Below are positions 8,058 to 12,055 of a stretch of DNA of 12,055 nucleotides, in pieces. Within the stretch, counting starts at the first letter, position 1; every line of letters begins with the position of its first letter. The DNA lies in NCBI GenBank assembly GCA_965233585.1, contig CBDDTI010000669.1:1-12055 (forward strand), given 5' to 3'. The stretch comes from a bacterium (lineage in GTDB: Bacteria > SAR324 > NAC60-12). The position numbers and the translations under genes are program-made. Under the pieces are notes generated by a model that was not told where the DNA came from, made no database searches, and saw nothing but the letters and a program-made list of their open reading frames with translations.

Positions 8058-8707
8058 CAGAGAAGTAGATTTAGACCTTGTAATTTTCGCCTTTTTTTGG
8101 GCACGCACTGTTTACAAGGGTCCAGTTTGGCCAGACGAAACAATGGATAAACAATACAAACCAGTGTTAATCCCTAGTCTTAACAAAAAAAGAGGTGCAG
8201 ATAATTAACAAGAACGAATCAAAATAGAGGTCGTAAATAGGTGCTGGGCACCTCAGTGGAGCCGTCTTTTTTGTTGGCGGCAGAAACGGGTTTACAAAAT
8301 GACAAAAGTTCATGTACAATTCATCAGGACATTTATGACAAATGAACGTTATGTGTCTGTAGCAGACAAAGTATAGTCTGTAATCCGAAAATGTAATTTA
8401 AGAATACTTTATTCAGAGCAAGTGGGATGCAACTAGTTTCTTTTGTCATAACTTTGGTTGTTTTCAACCGTAGTCAGTTTATACACATTGCTATTATTTA
8501 TTAATTGTGTTACCAAATGACTCAAATATTCTAAGTACTTTACGTAAAGGATAGTTATATGTAACCATATTTATACATATTACCGTATTAATTCAATATT
8601 CTACATTTGCCTAAGGAATAACTGTATTCATTAAAACCTTGATCAATGAATAATGCAACTCATGAGTTTTCATTGGCTTAGGGATCATGGTATATGAGCA
8701 CGTGCTA

Positions 8708-8776
8708 CACGTGTTACATTTGGATGGATTTTGCGTCATTTAATTTGACTTGTGTTACACGCGTGCATTTACTTAC
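8708..8776 (+). repeat. Diverged ~70-bp dispersed repeat, copy 2 (see 909-980)
   Basis: Aligns by eye to 909-980 in the same orientation. CACGTG at 8699 and 8708. Confidence 0.5.
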
Positions 8777-9337
8777 GCAATTTAGAGTCAGGTATAAAGT
8801 GTACTGAACTGAAGTAACAACAGGCCGAACTGATTTTTGCTCTTAATATAGTTCTTGTCGAAAGTGTTTTACCTGGCTATGTTCCTACGCTACGCGTCAA
8901 TGTTGTACTACCATCCCGTGTCCTGGTTGAAAACAATCAATGTCAGTTATTCCATTTGGCTTATGCAAGCCAGTGTCTGTGGTAGCTCTATAGCCGATTT
9001 ATGTTTAATATTGTTTCTTTATACGTGTAGTGTTATCCTAATCGGGATTTGAACAACCGGTCAGATTCTTCTTGACAAAATCAGGCAATGATCTCATTGA
9101 GGGCAACTTTGTGGCCTTGGATACACCTAGACCTACCCAGATATAGTGGCTTTTCCATGTCTTTCACTTGGAATAGTGATCAGGTCAGTTATATCTTATT
9201 GACAGAGATTCTCTGTGCGAGAGGAACATAATATCCTGGGCAATTCTCTGCCAGTATAAGCGTAGGGCAAAAGATAAGCATGGTTAATCAGCAGGCTGTT
9301 GCATGACAAACGAGCACGGGCATATCGTCACTGAAAT

Positions 9338-9596
9338 CATTCTCGTCCCCAGAGGCCGCGCTCCTTTTGGTCAGCACCAAGAAATGCGACCTCTGGTCAG
9401 GTTTAACGACATTCCGGTTTTGAATGGATTTGTAAACACAATAGATTGAGACCAGAACCAATCAGATTTGTTAGACTTCACTATGAGCATACGCAGAGTG
9501 AAGTCCGTGAATCGCGGACTTCCGGTGTTGGACCTGCCCAGAGGTCGCGATTCTTGGTGCTGACCAAAAGGAGCGCGGCCTCTGAGGACGAGAATG
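9338..9596. mobile_element. Intact 259-bp MITE with 70-bp TIRs and perfect 9-bp TSD (Mutator-like by TSD length)
   Basis: TIRs 9338-9407 and 9527-9596 are 64/70 complementary (CATTCTCGTCC...GGACGAGAATG). TSD cactgaaat at 9329-9337 and 9597-9605. Internal hairpin gaagtccgtg-aat-cgcggacttc (9500-9522). Confidence 0.92.
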
Positions 9597-9659
9597 CACT
9601 GAAATCGACAAAACAATTGTTACCAGTTTTGGCGAAATGTCTTCAGTCAAACCCCGAAG

Positions 9660-9732
9660 TAACCTGCGACTTTTACCCTGAAACTCTTTTCCCTTCACCC
9701 TTTCCAAAAAACGGACGCCTGATCCGAGGTTA
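9660..9732. mobile_element. Short decayed MITE (TAACCTGCGA...AGGTTA)
   Basis: taacctgcga (9660-9669) vs tccgaggtta (9723-9732), 8/10 complementary. Flanks accccgaag and acctcaaat are 6/9 identical, a possible decayed TSD. Confidence 0.4.
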
Positions 9733-10079
9733 ACCTCAAATGAAGAAAATTTAATTCAGCAACATATCATTCCAGTGGTAGGTCATGAACAACAAAGTTG
9801 CTTTTATTGGTCGCGTGCAGCCTTAGCCAAATAATGTGAATGATCCGATCCGCCAAAGGGGATGACGAAGACGACAACAAAGCAGCCATGTTCTGGAAGT
9901 CCTGAATGCAGGTGAAGTGAGTAGCCCCTTGGGATCAGTGTAATTATTTAACCAGAGCTTTTCATAAGGACCCATGAAGAAATTGGCTAACACAGGAACT
10001 AAAGGGTTGTTTCTGTAGGTACCGGAGCACAGTATACGTAATCAAACTGAGAATAAATTGATACTGAGAAAGTGCATAA

Positions 10080-10133
10080 TTAGATAATATACAGACATTA
10101 GGTGATATACAGATGATAGATGATATACAGACG
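10080..10133 (+). repeat. Three tandem 18-bp units
   Basis: ttagataatatacagaca / ttaggtgatatacagatg / atagatgatatacagacg, directly abutting the next MITE. Confidence 0.8.
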
Positions 10134-10493
10134 TTAGGGAGTTTACGAAACCACGAAGGCGACGCAGAGGACAACGTCGATTACAAATTGACTTTATTTT
10201 TGCTACGAATCTCGCAATACTACTAAGTCATATAGTTTGCTTATCACTGTCAAAAATATCGCAAAACTAAACCCGGACCACAGCGATAAATTTAAAATAA
10301 AAATTTAGAAAATTAGTATCCGTTGTTCACGTTCTCCAGACAAAGCAGAATTTGGTCATTTCACGTTGTTGTCTTGCAGAGGATGGCAAAGGAATGTACC
10401 AAGAGTCATGACGCACGTGCACAGCTCATTATTACTTTTCTTTGGTGACGTTCCCGTTGCCTTTGCTGTCGTGGTTTCGAAAACGTTCCATTA
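10134..10493. mobile_element. ~360-bp MITE with imperfect TIRs and TTA flanks (TAGGGAGTTTACGAAACCACGA type)
   Basis: Left end ttagggagtttacgaaaccacga...acaacgtc; right end gacgttccc...tcgtggtttcgaaaacgttccatta, with an 11-bp perfect core cgaaaccacga/tcgtggtttcg. TTA at both ends suggests a 3-bp TWA TSD (PIF/Harbinger-like). It resembles an abundant coral MITE family from memory. Confidence 0.7.
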
Positions 10494-10814
10494 TGACAAC
10501 ACAACGGCGTGGATATAAGACATAACGTGCTTTGCGCACGTGCTCACTGCACGTACCTTCTGAACGTGCTTTCCGCACGTCCTGTTAGCTAAAGCTTTAT
10601 AGTGTTGTTAGCTAGTTTTTTAAGACGAAGAGTAAAAAAAAGTTCATTAAAAAAAATTAAATGGTTTTGATATTGTTCATGTTCAATCAACACGCAAAAA
10701 AATGGCCTTAACAAAATCTCCGCTCAGGGTATATTCTCAACATATTCTGAACTCTGGCTAGGCAACAAGTAACAAGCACAAAATCTTCTTTGTTCTCACT
10801 GCACGTAATTGGGT

Positions 10815-11690
10815 CAAATTACATCAACATTGGCTGTGCAGAAACAACATAAATACTTTCAATAAAGATCTCGCAAAAACTAAAAGGGAAAAATTGTTGT
10901 TTCAAGGAACGCCTTCAAATTCTATCAACCACGTTCTCACGAAAGCAAAAAGAGCAAGTCATCTCATCAAATTCTATTAGCAATTATCTCCCGTAAACAA
11001 CAAGTATAAAACTTCTTTGTTTTCACGTAAGCCATCAAATTCTATCAACAACGCCGAAACCAAGAAAAATTCTGTTTTCAAGAAATGCCATCGATCAAAG
11101 CCCTCAAACCACGTTCGCGCGCCAATCACAACATGTTCCTTTTTATCAAATGATGCCATCAAATTTCATCACCAACGATGTCGCGAAAACAACAAGTGAA
11201 AAAATATTTGCTTTAGCCAACAATTAACGATCCTCCGGGATCAAAGTCCCAAACAGCACACCTGCAAATATCACGTGCCCTCGCTAAAATGATGCAATCA
11301 AATTTGCCGGATCAAAGCCACGAAAACAACACGTGCAAGCGTCAGATGACCTCGTTAAACTGAAATGTTCTTTGTTTTCAATGATTCTAACAAATTCAGT
11401 GAGCAACGTTCTCCCAAAAGCATCAAATATGAAATGTTTTTTTGTTTTCAGGTAACGCCATCCGCAAATTGACCTTGCGAAAATTCTGTCAACAGCCATC
11501 TTGCCAAAAAAAAAAAGTTTAAAAAAATCTTTGCATATGAGACATAATCAAGTAACAGCGATCCATCGGAGTCGCAAAAACAACACGCACACAATTCACG
11601 TGACCCCGTCAAATTCTAACAACAACGATCCTTCAGAGTCAAAGATCACTGAAACAACAAGTGCAAATTTCAACAAAAGCGATAAAGTTT
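10815..11690. repeat. Degenerate minisatellite, ~52-90-bp units with core GCCATCAAATTCTATCAACAACG
   Basis: CAAATT(C)-type cores at ~10815, 10916, 10968, 11036, 11096, 11160, 11299, 11391, 11465 and 11610. Recurrent sub-motifs gaaaacaacaagt and ttgttttca lie between cores. Confidence 0.75.
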
Positions 11691-12055
11691 TCAGCTGAGC
11701 AGCCTCATTTGTTGAAAGTTATTTAAATTTTGGGGCATTTCCTGTCACCAGACATCAAAGTTGGTCGCAAGAATTGAAGTCTTTCACGTGCGTTCAGAAC
11801 AATCACAAATCTGAGGTAGTTAGCATTTTACAATATAAGTGGAATATAACTGTTTAAGAGAATGGTTAGTAATACATATGACAGCACTCATTGCTTTATA
11901 AGCAGACGCAAATTTCAGATCTAATCAGTTAGTTTTGATCGCCATATTTGTAACCGTGCAAGGAGCACGAAATGGGCGTTCCCATATTAAGCTCAATGAA
12001 AAATCTTTCTGTAAAACACTTCGACCGATAAATGAAGCGCGAAATACCGTACAGA

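Noticed and set aside
9371..9733. Three overlapping ORFs of 78-95 aa
   Set aside because: They run through the GC-rich palindromic MITE, which is naturally stop-poor on both strands. No domain is recognisable.
9840..9922. Possible exon ending at a GTGAGT donor-like site (9917-9922)
   Set aside because: Reading frames are closed by nearby stops and there is no clear acceptor or homology, so it is unsupported without transcripts.
10815..11690. CRISPR-like repeat/spacer array
   Set aside because: Cores are too degenerate, spacing is irregular, the 'spacers' resemble each other, no cas genes are present and the context is eukaryotic.
10977..11698. Four short ORFs in the terminal repeat region
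   Set aside because: Translations of the minisatellite, with low-complexity N/K/S- or F-rich composition.

Overview
AT-rich eukaryotic genomic DNA. The repeat families and gene type suggest a stony coral or other anthozoan, but this is recognised from memory and not verified by search. There is one convincing protein-coding gene: an uninterrupted 308-aa histamine N-methyltransferase-like class I SAM methyltransferase (6722-7648, +), preceded by a strong splice acceptor that implies a 5'-UTR intron. Its substrate-pocket residues appear diverged from vertebrate HNMT. The rest is a mosaic of non-autonomous DNA transposons/MITEs (one with 70-bp TIRs and a perfect 9-bp TSD), a SINE fragment inserted in a degenerate tandem array, a probable LINE 3' tail and a ~0.9-kb degenerate minisatellite. 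The most notable non-coding signals are an intact minimal type I hammerhead ribozyme motif of the Penelope-like element/retrozyme kind (255-295) and a mirror-symmetric ~810-bp composite structure (1063-1875). The other short ORFs look spurious, except possibly a decayed minus-strand frame at 4527-5008. No CRISPR array, rRNA, tRNA or prokaryotic system is supported.
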